Assembly (NCBI GenBank): GCA_965603825.1
Contig: CBFDEM010000013.1
Location: forward strand, 682,001 to 746,000
DNA from: Blepharisma stoltei ATCC 30299
Taxonomy: Eukaryota; Protista; Ciliophora
Length of the DNA: 64,000 bases
Direction of reading: 5' to 3'
This document shows, one piece after another, positions 1 to 12,201 of the stretch. The notes below the pieces were generated by a model. The model made no database searches and had not been told where the DNA came from. It saw nothing but the letters and a program-made list of their open reading frames with translations. The translations under genes and the position numbers were made by a program. Within the stretch, counting starts at the first letter, position 1, and each line of letters starts with the position of its first letter.

Positions 1-292
1 TTCCTCCTTCAAAGAAAGTCGTCTTTACAAGTTCTAACCATTCAATAATTTTGTTTCTTGGTGGAGCAGATCCATCAGTAAAATAAAGTTCCTAAATAGA
101 GCTTACATGGACTTTGATGCCTTTGTTCTCGAAAATGCGATCATCGTACTTCCCTTCACAAGTTCTCACTAGATGGACCACTCCTTGAGCTGACAACTCT
201 TCTGCATATTCTTCAGCGTTTTCTTGAGATGGGGCATCCATTACGATGAATTTTAAGCCACCTCTTGCGATAACCGAAGGCTTGTTTATCAT
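1..292 (-). CDS. PTP4A: PRL/PTP4A-like protein tyrosine phosphatase, 3' end runs off the window; intron 92-106
   Basis: FIVMDAPS..HLVRTCE..Y..GIKVH; after removing the 15-nt intron the frame continues ELYFTDGSAPP..IIEWL, matching the PRL N-terminal half. Confidence 0.85.
92..106 (-). other. 15-nt spliceosomal intron
   Basis: gtaagctctatttag; removal deletes an in-frame TAG and restores the PRL frame. Confidence 0.9.
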
Positions 293-971
293 ATTTACAA
301 GTGAGGCTGAAATGGGGATTGATAAGAATGTCGGATGAATATCGGATAATAAAAGAAAATGCGTTTTAATTCATTATATCAGTTTAAATAAGGGTAAGTA
401 GTTATTATAGAAAAATGATTATTCAGCATAGAGAAAATAATAAATTATTTCGCAAAAGGTACAAGATATTGCTTAGAGAATCCATATTCAAAATTTGTGA
501 AAGTAATTTAGCTCATATTTTCAGCTAATAATATTCAGGTTTATAAATTAATGCTGCAATGAGCAGTGAAAAGCTGTGAAAATGAAGATTTAGCTCAGTT
601 TGGATTTTAATTTATACTTAAAAAATAAAAGTTGAGGAGGTTTATTAGTTCCAACCCACATAATTGATACTTCTAAAAGAACCATTTCAGCATTCTCTTA
701 TTAAAAAAGATGATTTATTTTAATAAGGAGAAGTAATTTTAAAAAATGATTAATTAATTTTTTTAATTATTCATTTTTAATATTTAAAGATTCTAATTTT
801 CTTTAAAATATATCTACATTATAACTAATCTTAAAAGCTTTGCCAACTGAATTTTTAAGTGAAATCCAAAAAGCATCCCACCTTTTAATATCTAAATTCG
901 AAGGGCCAATCAAAATGAGGGACAGTTCTAACATTTGCCCATTTTATGGCAGATTTATAATTTCTATTTAA

Positions 972-1394
972 ATGGTAGGGTTTACTTAGGCTGGTGGAAA
1001 AGGAAAAGGAGGCAAAGGAGGCAAGGCGGCTGCAGGAAAGCATAAAAGAGTGCCTACATCAAGATCTATCAAGGCAGGGCTTCAATTTCCAGTTGGAAGA
1101 ATTCATAGACTGTTAAAAACAAGAATGCTGGCTTCTCATAGAGTTGGTGCAACTGCTGCTGTTTATACAGGAGCAGTTTTAGAATATTTAACTGCTGAAG
1201 TGCTCGAATTAGCTGGAAATGCAAGCAAGGACATGAAAGTTAAAAGAATCAGTCCTAGGCATATACAGCTTGCTATTAGAGGAGATGAAGAGCTAGACAC
1301 TTTGATCAAAGCAACTATTTCGGGTGGTGGAGTTATCCCACATATTCATAAGAATTTGTTGATCGTACCTAAAGAAAAGACAGTAGAAGTTTAA
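972..1394 (+). CDS. H2AZ: Histone H2A.Z (135 aa); intron 975-989 directly after the ATG
   Basis: Spliced: [77 protein letters not shown]; H2A.Z-diagnostic residues. Confidence 0.95.
975..989 (+). other. 15-nt intron
   Basis: gtagggtttacttag; joins ATG 972 in frame to GCT 990. Confidence 0.92.
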
Positions 1395-2561
1395 GATTAA
1401 TCATGAATTACCTTAGTTAAATAGAAATTTTGCTATTTAGTTATTATTAGAACGTTAGCGGAAATTTTTAGTGATTTTTTTGAACTTTTACTCTTGGATT
1501 GCTACCCTTGGATCTTTTGGAATCCTTTATTTGATAAAATTATTTTTGATGTATAAGAAGGTAAGTAAGGCATTTCTCTCTCTAAGTATTAGATTTCAAC
1601 GATATTTGAAGGTTGAAGTAAAATTACCAAAGATACCGTCCTGTCCTCTTTTTGGATGCTCCATATTTTCAACTAGACTTATAACTCCATCACTCAAAGC
1701 TCGATAATATAGTCACTGCAAGATATAGATTCGTTTAGTATTTATTTTCTGGTTATTTTTTTAAAATTAGATAAAATTTAAGTATATTTCGATTTATTCT
1801 TTAAAGTTAAAATACATTTTGTCTTATAAACAAAGATGCTTTAGACCAGCTATAACAAAAGAAAACAAGTTATAAGACTTTAATAAGTTCTTAATGCTAA
1901 AAGATATTTAAATCTTTTTATACAAATAATAAAAAGTATAATTGTCTCTAATTATTTTTGCTATTTAAGACTAAACAAAGACTTGCAACAAAAAGATTAA
2001 ATGATGAGGGGATATTAAAGTATAGTTTTGGTGCTAATTATTTTTGATATTTTAATATGACTGTCATTAATTATTGGCATTTAATTTATCATTTTAGTCT
2101 TACGAAATCTAATCAGCAAGCAGAAATATTTTGATGCTATTAAAAAACATTAATAAAAATTACTTCAAATATCGAAGATTTTGTTCAAAATCAAGAGAAA
2201 TCAATAATACTTAAAATTGTAGCAAAATAGTGAGATGGAAAAGAAAGAGTAATTTTTCTTGAAAATTCCATGGGCTTCTCATTTCTCTTTGCTATATTTA
2301 ATGGCTAAGGCATTTTGATTTATCTATAAAGAATTTGAAGTTTCAAATTTTGAGTTAAAATCCCTCAATAGGCATGTAAATAATTTCACTTGCTTATAAA
2401 GAGGGAAAGAAAAAATTAAGCATCTCTTAATTTAATTAACCCTTGATAGTTTTGTAATTAAAAAAGTAAAATGCTGCTTGAAATGGTCTAACTAAGCTTG
2501 AGAATCTTACCAATCTATTGAGGAGTTACCATACTAATTTAAAAAAATTATTTAAATTTCA

Positions 2562-4325
2562 ATGTCTAAAGTTGATGAAGCTGAAAAGTGAAAGAAAAAA
2601 GCAGCCGAGCTACAATTTAAGGTCAACGAAATGGAAGGAGCCGTTGCAAAACTGCAGAGCGAAGACAACACTTCTGACGCAAAAATCGAAAGTCTAAATA
2701 AACTTCACGCTCAAAAAGTCCGAGCTCTCATGAATTCGATTCAAGATCTTAAAAAGCAAACAGCTATGGCAAAAGCTCAGAACAAAGAAAGCAATAGATC
2801 AAAACTCATTGATAAATTAAAAACTGAGCTTGTACAACAAGAAATAGCTATTCAAGCCTTAAGAGACCTTATAAGAGATGATGAAAAATGTGATGAGCAA
2901 ATAATTGAGTATCTCAATAAAGGACCACCCCGGATCAGGCCTCTCAGCAGAGAAGAAATGAGAATCCAAATAAGAAGATTAAAAGGAAAGCTCTCAACTA
3001 CATCAAAACGGTCTTCAGAACAAGCATTAGACGATTTAGATAGAATTTTAAACCCGCCTGACCTTGAAGAAAATGAAGAAATGAAGAACATTGATCCTCT
3101 TCAAAATGAAAAAATTATAGAGCTCTTAGAAGAAATCGAGAATTTAAAGCTCGATTTAAAATCTAAAGAAACTGCTGCAGAGAGCTTGAAAAAACAAAAC
3201 AAAAAACTCAGCGAAGCACTACAAAGCATGCAGATGAAAGAAAATGGGTATGAAATAATTGATATTAAAGTAAATAAGCTTGCAGTGGAAAGGGAAGAAC
3301 TGGTTTCACAGCTAAATCAGAATGCTCAGATTGAAGGACAAACTTTAGCAAGACATGATGAACTAGAAGTTGGGCTAAAAGCAGCTCAAGAGCAGATAAA
3401 CGGACTGAAGAAAAAGCTTGAAAATAATGTGATAGAAAGGCAAAAATCCCTTAAAGAGATTGAAAGACTGCAAAAAGAGCTTGCAATGAGTTTGGCAAGT
3501 GTCAGAGATCTAGAAGGCCAAATCGCATCTCATGCTACAGACTCTGAAAGTAAAGTGAGCGATCTCCATGCTTTACTTTTACAAAAAGATACGAAGATTG
3601 CTGACCTGGAAACTGATGTAATAGAAAAAGACAACGAAATTTCTGAACTTAAATCTCAACAAGCCCAGCTAGTAAGAAAGGACACAGAAGATGGAAAAGA
3701 CTTTGAGATTGAAGTTTTAAGAGCCAAAGTCAAACAATTGACACAAAAAGCTAATGTCCCTGAAGACTTAATAGCTGCAGAAAGATCAGAAACTGAAAAA
3801 TACAAACAAAGAGTAAAAGATTTAACCAGACAAGTTGCAGAGCTCCAAGAACAGGTGGAATACTTAGAGCAGCACAACATTGAAGCCCAAAGACAAGGAT
3901 CAGCCTTATACTTGGCTGGAAAAAGACCTGCGGAACCAAAACTCCCTGCAGACTACCAAACCACCAAAGATCTATGCGAGAAGCTAAAATCTGAAATCAA
4001 AGAAATAAAAATCCAGCTACAAACCAGAGATCGAGAGCTGTTAGAAGCCAGAAATGAGCTTAACAGCCAAAAAGCTGCTGTGGTCGGACTCAGACAAAAA
4101 GTAAAGCAAACTGATGAAGAAAAAGTCGTCCTTGAACAAAAAATTTTTGGGTTTTCTGCACAGAAGCAAAGCGCAGTGGACGAAAATTCTACGATAAAAG
4201 AAAAAGTTATTGAGCAGTCCAGAGATGTAATTCCAAAGCTGAGAGTTGGCATTCCTCCTCAATACAATGCAGTGCAGCTGCTAAAAGCTTCTAGAGATGT
4301 GATGAATAGGCTTGTGAGAGGCTAA
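2562..4325 (+). CDS. Long coiled-coil protein (587 aa), function unknown
   Basis: ATG 2562 in frame through TGA(Trp) 2589 into the 564-aa ORF; E/K/Q/L heptad composition. Confidence 0.8.
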
Positions 4326-4368
4326 TAATAATTTTAAAAAAATATAAAAATTTCCAATATTATTATCA

Positions 4369-5466
4369 ATGGGTAGTTGCAATTTTAAATCTGAAGAGCC
4401 CGATACAACAGTTTCGATTTCAAAGACTCATTTTCAGTTTCAATACGTCATTGGCAAAGGTGGCTTTGGAAAAGTCTGGAGGGTGGAATTAAAAAGAACT
4501 CGAGAAATCTTTGCAATGAAAGAAATGGCAAAAGCCAGAATCCTTGCCAAAAAAAGCGTGAATTCAGTTTTAAATGAGCGAAGACTTTTGTCGATGCTGA
4601 AACATCCTTTTATAGTGAACATGAAATATGCATTTCAAGATCGGGATAATCTGTATTTGGTGATGGACTTATTAACTGGTGGAGACTTAAGATTTCAGCT
4701 AGGAAAACATAAAAAATTTACTGAGGAGCAAACGAAGTTTTTTGTAGCATGCATTATCATTGGGCTGGAATTTTTGCACACCAACGGTGTGCTGCATAGA
4801 GATATCAAACCAGAAAATTTAGTACTGGATAATAGAGGATATGTGAGGATAACGGACTTCGGAATTGCAAGAGTCTGAAATCCTGACAATGCAAAAGATA
4901 CCAGCGGAACTCCAGGGTATATGGCTCCTGAAGTCATGTGCAGGCAAAATCATGGGGTTGCAGCTGATTATTTTGCTGTTGGGATTATTGCTTATGAATT
5001 CATGTGCGGCAGAAGGCCATATCTAGGAAAATCTAGGAAAGAAATAAGAGATCAGATATTAGCAAGGCAGGTACAAATAAAAAGAAACGAAATTCCAGAA
5101 GACTGGAGTGTTGAGGCAGCTGATTTTATTAATAAAGTAACTGATATATAGCTTGTGCAAAGAAAGCCCACAAATAGACTAGGACTTAACGGCCCTACTG
5201 AAGTAAAAGAGCATCCTTGATTCAAGGACTTCGAATGGGCAAAGCTTGCAGCTCGTTCTTTGGTTTCTCCATTTATACCAAACCAAAGCGATGAAAACTT
5301 TGATATGAGACTTCAGCTTTCTGATGATCCATGGAAGGATGCAGATAGCGAAGCTCTCCAACAAAGCGCGACTTTGCTTAATTCAAACACTGCACAAAAT
5401 TTATTTGCTGGGTATTTTTTTGATATCAATCAAAATAGCCAGACAGATAATTTATCAACTAAATAA
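4369..5466 (+). CDS. AGC-family Ser/Thr kinase (360 aa), N-terminal MGSC acylation-type motif; intron 5137-5151
   Basis: GKGGFG, AMK, HRDIKPEN, DFG, GTPGYMAPE; TGA 4876 and 5218 (EHP[W]F) read as Trp; AGC tail SPFIP..NFD..FAGY. Confidence 0.92.
5137..5151 (+). other. 15-nt intron
   Basis: gtaactgatatatag; removal gives ADFINK|LVQRKPTNRLG. Confidence 0.93.
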
Positions 5467-5918
5467 AATTAATTTTTCATAAGTTTTCATGAGATTTTAT
5501 AGCTTATACAAAATCTTTATTTAGCAAGATAAAAAAGATAAGAAAGATAAGCTCTCCAGACTTGCTAGTCATCATTGATTGCAATTGTTTCTTTATTCAC
5601 TGCTCTAGGTGAATTAATTAATATGGACTTAACTGTTGTGAAATCTAATTTTTCTTATTTTTATGCTTAATGAATTGAAAATTTTTGAGATTTTTTCTAC
5701 ACCTGAAGGATAAACTGGAAGTTTTCAGTTTAAGAATTGCATTTACTGAAGCGAAAAAATTAATTCTTGGTGAGTTTATTTTTACTTGTAAGTTATAATA
5801 AGCGGTCAAATTTGACGATTTTACAACTGAAAATTCACAAAAATCAAGAAAATTGGTTTAAGATAATTATTTATTATCCATATAAGCTCTAGAAGCCACA
5901 ATGGTAATAATTGAATAA

Positions 5919-6167
5919 ATGGTCGATCAAGCTCGGGTAGCTGAAGTAACTAAAGGCATCTTCACTTTTGCTGATACTGATGGATCAGGTGCTCTTGATA
6001 GAGAAGAGTTCAAGACTGCACTTGGCAAAATGATTGCTGAGCATGGGATGAGTCCCCTTACTGACGAACAGTTCGACCAAGAATTTACAGGACTTGATGT
6101 CGATGGAAATGGGCTTATTGATGAAAATGAGCTTCAAGCACTGGTTGCTAGGCTCTTATCAGCTTAA
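5919..6167 (+). CDS. Small two-EF-hand Ca2+-binding protein (82 aa)
   Basis: Loops DTDGSGALDREE and DVDGNGLIDENE. Confidence 0.9.
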   Translation: MVDQARVAEVTKGIFTFADTDGSGALDREEFKTALGKMIAEHGMSPLTDEQFDQEFTGLDVDGNGLIDENELQALVARLLSA

Positions 6168-6373
6168 AAATATTTGCTTAATTATGTTAAGCAAAGCCTT
6201 TTAGTTAATTTCTTCTTACAAAATAATTCCTGCTAATTTTCCGACTTGTTTTCCTATCAGTAGTTGCATTTATATGTGTTTGGACATAATTGAAATATGG
6301 TTTCACTTATGATAATGATTTTCAACTATTTAAGAGACAATTTTAATGAAAACGTTAACTAATTGATAATTTT

Positions 6374-7205
6374 CTACTCGAGATCCATTGCTGAGACTTC
6401 AGTTATAACTAAAGGATACTCCTTCTTGACAGCTAAGGTAAAACTTACGTGTAACTCCTCTTGGGAAATTATATTCAATTGTGCTTTTATATGCCTTGTG
6501 ATTATAGTTTCTCAGCGTTCTCTTGTGGTCGTGCCCATCTTTATCCACAGCAACCAAATCGACTGAGCTTCCTGATCCTAAGTCATTAAAGATCCCTGAT
6601 TCCACAGCTTTTGCGGCTAGTTGCATAGCTTCTTCTTTCTAAATATTCCTTACAGTCATATGATCACGGTATTCAGTTTCAAACATACTCATAGCTGCTA
6701 AGCTTCCTGACCCCATGGTATGGAATGGATGATGCCGATACGTCCCATCAGCAGAAATCATAAACAACTGAGGGCCACTTGCATCAACTCCTCCTACAAT
6801 CAGATATGCGCCGATATTTCCACCATACTTAAACAAATGCTCTGTCAGCAAAGTAATTGCAGTGATTACTCTGCTTTGCCGACCTGAGTATAATCTGAGT
6901 AATTCTAGCTGATAGCCTATGTTGAGAGTCACATGCTCTAAATCAGCTGCTGTACCAGCTCCTGCAGCAAAAATATTAGGAGCCAGCATATGCAATTTGT
7001 CGCACATCTTGTCTAAGACCATTGATCCTCCTGTAGCTCTGGTATCTGCGCCTAAAACGACTCCGCCTTCATACATTAGCCCTACAATGGTTGTTCCAGT
7101 TTTTGTATAAGGCTTAGGAGCGACTCCTTGATCTAAAAGGGTTTTATTCCTTTCAAACAGATCATGGTTGAAGCCATCAATTGGGAGCTGATCTAAATAA
7201 TCCAT
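6374..7205 (-). CDS. PSMB7: 20S proteasome subunit beta 2 (266 aa); introns 6639-6653 and 6433-6448
   Basis: Propeptide then KTG|TTIVG, ADTRAT, GAGTAAD, MGSGSLAAM, GIFNDLGSGS; spliced C-terminus GVTPVKKEYPLVITEVSAMDLE*. Confidence 0.95.
6433..6448 (-). other. 16-nt intron
   Basis: gtaagttttaccttag; removal gives the beta2-like ..MDLE* end. Confidence 0.85.
6639..6653 (-). other. 15-nt intron
   Basis: gtaaggaatatttag; removal gives DHMT|KEEAMQL. Confidence 0.93.
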
Positions 7206-7315
7206 CTTTATAGCATTCCCTTAGAATTTCATAAATTAATCCTTCAGAAGCTTAATATCTGCTTAAAAATTGTTAATAAAAGTAAATAAAATATCTGATC
7301 TAATAATACGTTAAG

Positions 7316-7492
7316 CTAGAATTTAGAATTATGAGCGCTTGATGGAGAGGTCTTAGCTTCGGGCAGCTGCTCGTCTGAGGGCTTTTTTTCATCGCAGCAT
7401 TTTGATAGAGCAGAAAAGGCAGCGAAAGAAATCACCCCTAAAGCAAACCCCAATGATGCATAGACTATCATATTCTTGGTATCTTTATCCAT
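7316..7492 (-). CDS. 58-aa single-pass membrane microprotein, absent from the ORF track
   Basis: MDKDTKNMIVYASLGFALGVISFAAFSALSKCCDEKKPSDEQLPEAKTSPSSAHNSKF*; AAAATG context; GC-richer than its flanks. Confidence 0.7.
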   Translation of the reverse strand: MDKDTKNMIVYASLGFALGVISFAAFSALSKCCDEKKPSDEQLPEAKTSPSSAHNSKF

Positions 7493-7517
7493 TTTTAATT
7501 ATTATTTTCATTTAAGT

Positions 7518-10500
7518 TTATTCGTAATCAATCTTAAATAATAAGCACTCAAAAATATTTTCTTCAGAATCCGTTGCAAATACGCACACTTCTGCTGGAT
7601 TAGGCTGTGAAGCTGCTGGAACATGCATCCACAAGTATCCTTTCGCTCCTCCCTCCAGAGAAATTCTTGGCTCTTTAATTTCCAGCACATTTGGATGTGA
7701 TGACCTAAAGTGGAAAATGGCCCATGTCTGGCTTCTGTTCACAAACAGCACTCTTTTATCTGTTGGTTGCCCCAATTTGCATTTTACTTCATAAATTTGT
7801 GTAATTGTAGCCGCAGAGCTCTCAATCCGAATAACCCATGCATGAACCAACTGTCTATGGAAAATATCCACACAATGCACCCTTATTCTTTGGATTTGTG
7901 GAGAGTCTGACCTAATCATAACAGGCAAGCTGTTTACGCTTCTTGGCAATAAAGTAAATGGCTTATCATGAGGTGATGGGAAAAACACACAATCGTCTTT
8001 TGAGGAGTACAAAGCGACTGTACGAGCTTCATCTCCTGGGCATGCAAGTCTAATAGCTGTTGCTTGGCCCATGGTTACGTTTACGTCAACTCCTACTAAG
8101 GAGTGAAGCTTGATTTCCCAGTTGGCGACGACCTCACTGCAATAAGGATCATCATATGCGACTAAGTTGAAGCTTAAAATGTTAGGGGCTGGAGGTGTTT
8201 TTAGCTCCACACTGATTTCGCGCTCATTTTCCCATTGGACTATAGCTTTCTCAAGGCTGCAATGCAGGATTGGTTTAGTTAGCGTTTCAGAGCTGTAAAG
8301 AGGAGGGATGGCAAGCTTGACAGTACGATTTTCACACTCATAGAAGCGCAAAATCTGGTCTACAGGTGAAGACTCAGGGACTACTTCTAGCTCCATTGCA
8401 CAAATTGGTGACCCTTTGCTTTGATGGATTCACGCTGTGATCATTTTTGGCTGAGGATTCCAAGAAATGAATTTAAAGATAATAGGGCAGGACTCCCCAG
8501 GTCTTAATATTATGGAGTTATCTGGCGTTATCATATCATATTCAAGTGGTCTATCATAATTGAAATGATTAACCCACCATTGTCATTCTGATACATCTTT
8601 GACTACGCTAAGTTCTTTATCTTCTATAATAACGCTAAAGCATTCTTCTCCTATTTGTGGATTTCTCAGCATATACTGGAACGTAAAAGCCTGCCCAACT
8701 CTTGCGTGAATTTTTTCAGCAGTACTCATATATTCTCTTAAAGCTTGTTTTATGGCCATTGGCTTTCTGGATTCTCTGATTATAGAAATTTCTTTTAATT
8801 GTTTTTCTTTGTCCCAGTCCTCACTTGTGATTTGTTGGGTTTGTGATTTTCTGAACTCCATAATTCTCAGCCTTTTCCTTTGGTCTTCGTTATCAATTGC
8901 AATTGGCTTTTCATCTGGAAGCGGCACAAGCACTTTGCTTCTAACTTTATATTTGTGTCTTGCCTGTGGCCCTGTTAATTTTAATGCATCTTGTGAAGGC
9001 TGAAGTCTTACTGATGGTGCCATCCCTTGATTTCTTAATAAAATCTGCAAAGAGCCTATCTGCTCTTTATTTTCATCAAATACAGGATACTCTTTAGTAG
9101 AGACAACACTAGCTTTGCCTTGTCTGACAACTTCTACAAGATTTATTTTTGCGTTTCCTATATGAATATGGCTTTCTGCGTTTCAAACTTCAATACTTAA
9201 GCTTTTTTTCATCAGATATTTAGCAAAGTCAACTTGGTCCCATACAGGAGGCTCTACTTCAAACTTCATAAGCAGCTCAGGATTAGGGCCATCTTTTTCA
9301 AGGACCCAAGGAACTCCTGAATCACCTGTTTTTATAGTCACTGGTTCAGTCATAGTGTGAGGAAACACATAAAATCTGACTCCAAAACAGACACGGCTTG
9401 GCATTCTTGACCCTCGCACTGGAGGACGGTATGCAAGGAATTGGATGACAAAATTAGCAGCTTTCAAAGGGTCTTGAGCTTCTATGTCAAGCCTTGGTCG
9501 AATTCCAGAAAATTCTTCATTATCCATAAGACCTCGAATTCCTGCTCTGACTAGGCGGGCTTTATCAGCTCGACTGAGTGCTCTAGGCATGTCTAAAGGC
9601 ATAGTAGAAAAAGATGTTTCAGGTCTTTGTCCATTGAGTGGCACAGGGGCAATAGCATCAATGTAGCTGAAATCGACGTTTGAGTCATAAGCAGACTGCA
9701 TATTTTGAGCTTGATATTGAGGCTGCATCACAGGGGTAGTGACTGGCCTTGGAAGGGTCTGGGTTAGTGATGGCCTAATTTCGATACTTTGAATTTGAGT
9801 TAGCTGAGGAGGGCTTGATGGGGGTGGCTTTATTGGAATCAGCTGAGGTCCTGCTTGTGTCTGTGTCCTTGCTTTTTGTAGCTCAGCTTCTAGCTGCTGT
9901 ATTTTTCTCATCATATTAGCTTGCTCCTGTCTATGCCTTAAATCATCTTCTGGGTTTCCTTCTTTAATGTTTGTAATATATTGAGTTTGTACGATAGGAG
10001 CTGATCCTTCTTTCATTGACAAATTAAAAAAGACTTGTATATCTAGGCTTACACCCCAAAGCATTTTTCCAGACACACTTCTTCCTGGACCTGGAATCAT
10101 AAACGCATTGTAGTCTCCTTCTTTGAAATTTAAATGAGGAGCCCATGCAAGGGCAACTTTTAGCATTTCACCTGGAGCGCCTGGCTTGGGAATTTCTAAA
10201 GCACATTCAAGCTCAAAAACAATAGCGATTAATGGGTCAATAGCGGCATCTCTTAGAGTAATTAATGTAGAAGCGACAAAGGAGTCCTCAAATCTTTTCA
10301 AGAAAGCTACACTTTCTGGACCCCCTCCTCCTAAATAGTGCCATGAATTGTGGAGACCAACAGTAACTCTAAGCTCATTTATTCTAACAGGCCGAGAGTC
10401 AGCTCCAAATGCTTCTTTTCTCCAGGCTTCAGCAAAACTTTTTATTCTGTCTTCTATTTCTTGAGCTCGAGGTATTTCAATATTTTTCAAAAATAAATTT

Positions 10501-11108
10501 GCTGTTGGGCCAAGCGCGATGTGCTCTGCAGGGTTGGAAGGCAGATATCTCCCGGCCACCCCAGGAAGAATTTCATGTGGGCCGCAAAAAGTGTCTGGAG
10601 GAAGCAGCCCATATACGATTCTCAGCTCTTCGTAAGCTCTTATTTCATAATTCAAAAAGAACCCGGGCTTGGGTAAAGGATTCTGAGAAATGGTCAAATT
10701 TCTCAAGCTTCCTGAGTATAAAGGAGATTTTTGGCCTTCATTTTCTTTAAAACAAATTAGTCTTGTCCATCCGATTGGTTTTCTTCCTATAACATTATTA
10801 GCTGATTGTGTAATTTCTAAAATTTCACATACAGCTTCAACATCTTCATCAGTAATTGTAGTATGGTAATACACCACAAGTTCTTGGCCAAATACAAAAG
10901 TTCTCCCAAAGAAGGTGCTTTCTGATTTTTTATAAAACGTTATTGAAAACTGCAGAGACTCCATTGGGACTTGCGACCCTTCAAGCTCATGCAAGATAAG
11001 GATAAATGGGATGCTGGCAGTAGACCTGCGTGTTTTATCTGGCGCAGGAACTGAATCGTGGAAGTTTGTATTTCGAGACCATTCTATGAGTGCCGTGTTG
11101 TCTGACAT
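7518..11108 (-). CDS. NPHP4: Nephrocystin-4-like ciliary transition-zone protein (1196 aa)
   Basis: One frame once TGA 9183, 8583, 8430 are Trp; FFGRT, VGLHNSW, LSRADKARL, DPLKAANFVIQFLAY, SIEV[W]..HIGNA..RQG, C-terminal Ig-like repeats. Confidence 0.88.
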
Positions 11109-11187
11109 TATTTGAACTATAAATGAATTTTAAATACTTATCTATGCATCTATATGCTCCAATTTTCAATTACTTTCAATGGTAATC

Positions 11188-12201
11188 TTAATATTCTCTC
11201 TTTGATCCTCTTCTTCCATCAAATCCGCCTCTTCCGCCATCATATCCGCCTCTTCCACCTTCAAATCCGCCTCTTCCGCCTTCAAATCCGCCTCTTCCAC
11301 CTTCATATCCGCCTCTTCCACCTTCTTCATAATCATCTCCTCTTCTGCTTCCATATCCTCCTCTTCTACTTCCGTCAAAATCATCGCCTCCTCTTCTGTT
11401 TCCATATCCTCCTCTTCTATCTTCTTCATGGCTATCATCAAATCTTTGTCTTCTTGCTCCAAAATTATCACCATGATCTGCAGTTCTTGACTTAGGCAGT
11501 GAAATGTTGACGACCAAGGCTCTTCCATCAAGCTCCACTCCTGAAGATTTCAATGCTTTTAAGGCATCATCAGCATTTTCGAACTCAACGAAGCCAAATC
11601 CTCTTGGATTGCCTTCTTGGTCATTGACGATTTTAGTGCTTACAACTTTTCCATACTGTGAAAAGTGCTGGGTCAAGGTATCTTGGTTTATTGAGTTGCT
11701 TATGTTGGCGACGAAGAGCTTGTTATTCTTGGTGGGTGGCTTTTCTCCAGCTGGGGCAATTTTGATGGTCCTTCCAAGTAACTCTTTTCCGTTGTTCTCG
11801 AGGGCTTTTTTGGCAGACTCAGCACTGCTGAATCTTATAAATGCGAAGCCTCTTGATCTACCTTCTGGGTTTTTAGGGATTCTTATAGTGATTTCTCCTA
11901 ATCCGCTGAAAAATTCTTTGATTTCTTTTTCTCCAGCAGACCAGTCAAGTCCTCCCATAAAAAGATCGGTGTCTGGGTTGTTGAAAGCAGGCTGAGGAGT
12001 TCTTGGCTCAAAGGAATCTTCTGATGACTGATTTCTAGAGCCCTCGTCGAATGTGCCGAATTGTCTCAAAGTGGAGACTGGTGCTGTGGAAAATGCTTTG
12101 TAGAGGTTGAATCCTAATGAAGATGGCTTCATAAAAGGAGTGGCAGCCTTTCTTCTGATGACAGCGCGACCAAGTTGCTTGGCAAATGTAATAAGCACCA
12201 T
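11188..12201 (-). CDS. Dual-RRM plus RGG-tail RNA-binding protein with presequence-like N-terminus (337 aa)
   Basis: RNP2 LFMGGL/LFVANI, RNP1 RGFAFIRF/RGFGFVEF; acid-free basic N-terminus MVLITFAKQLGRAVIRRK..YKAFST; ATG 12201 preferred over 12216. Confidence 0.88.
   Translation of the reverse strand: MVLITFAKQLGRAVIRRKAATPFMKPSSLGFNLYKAFSTAPVSTLRQFGTFDEGSRNQSSEDSFEPRTPQPAFNNPDTDLFMGGLDWSAGEKEIKEFFSGLGEITIRIPKNPEGRSRGFAFIRFSSAESAKKALENNGKELLGRTIKIAPAGEKPPTKNNKLFVANISNSINQDTLTQHFSQYGKVVSTKIVNDQEGNPRGFGFVEFENADDALKALKSSGVELDGRALVVNISLPKSRTADHGDNFGARRQRFDDSHEEDRRGGYGNRRGGDDFDGSRRGGYGSRRGDDYEEGGRGGYEGGRGGFEGGRGGFEGGRGGYDGGRGGFDGRRGSKREY
11219..11325. repeat. About five 21-bp tandem units encoding (E/D)GGRGG(F/Y)
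   Basis: tca(a/t)atccgcctcttcc(a/g)cc(t/a) repeated on the + strand; RGG tail of the RRM gene. Confidence 0.9.

Noticed and set aside
2852-4262. Antisense ORFs under the coiled-coil gene (likewise 11154-11995, 13940-14470, 52132-52650 and others)
   Set aside because: Shadows of real genes on the opposite strand or frame; composition mirrors the sense codons
8180-8187. tgttaggg, reverse complement of a CCCTAACA telomere-type unit
   Set aside because: Single copy inside NPHP4 coding sequence; expected by chance
11219-11325. Regular repeats as a CRISPR array
   Set aside because: Contiguous 21-bp coding repeats with no spacers, in a eukaryotic gene
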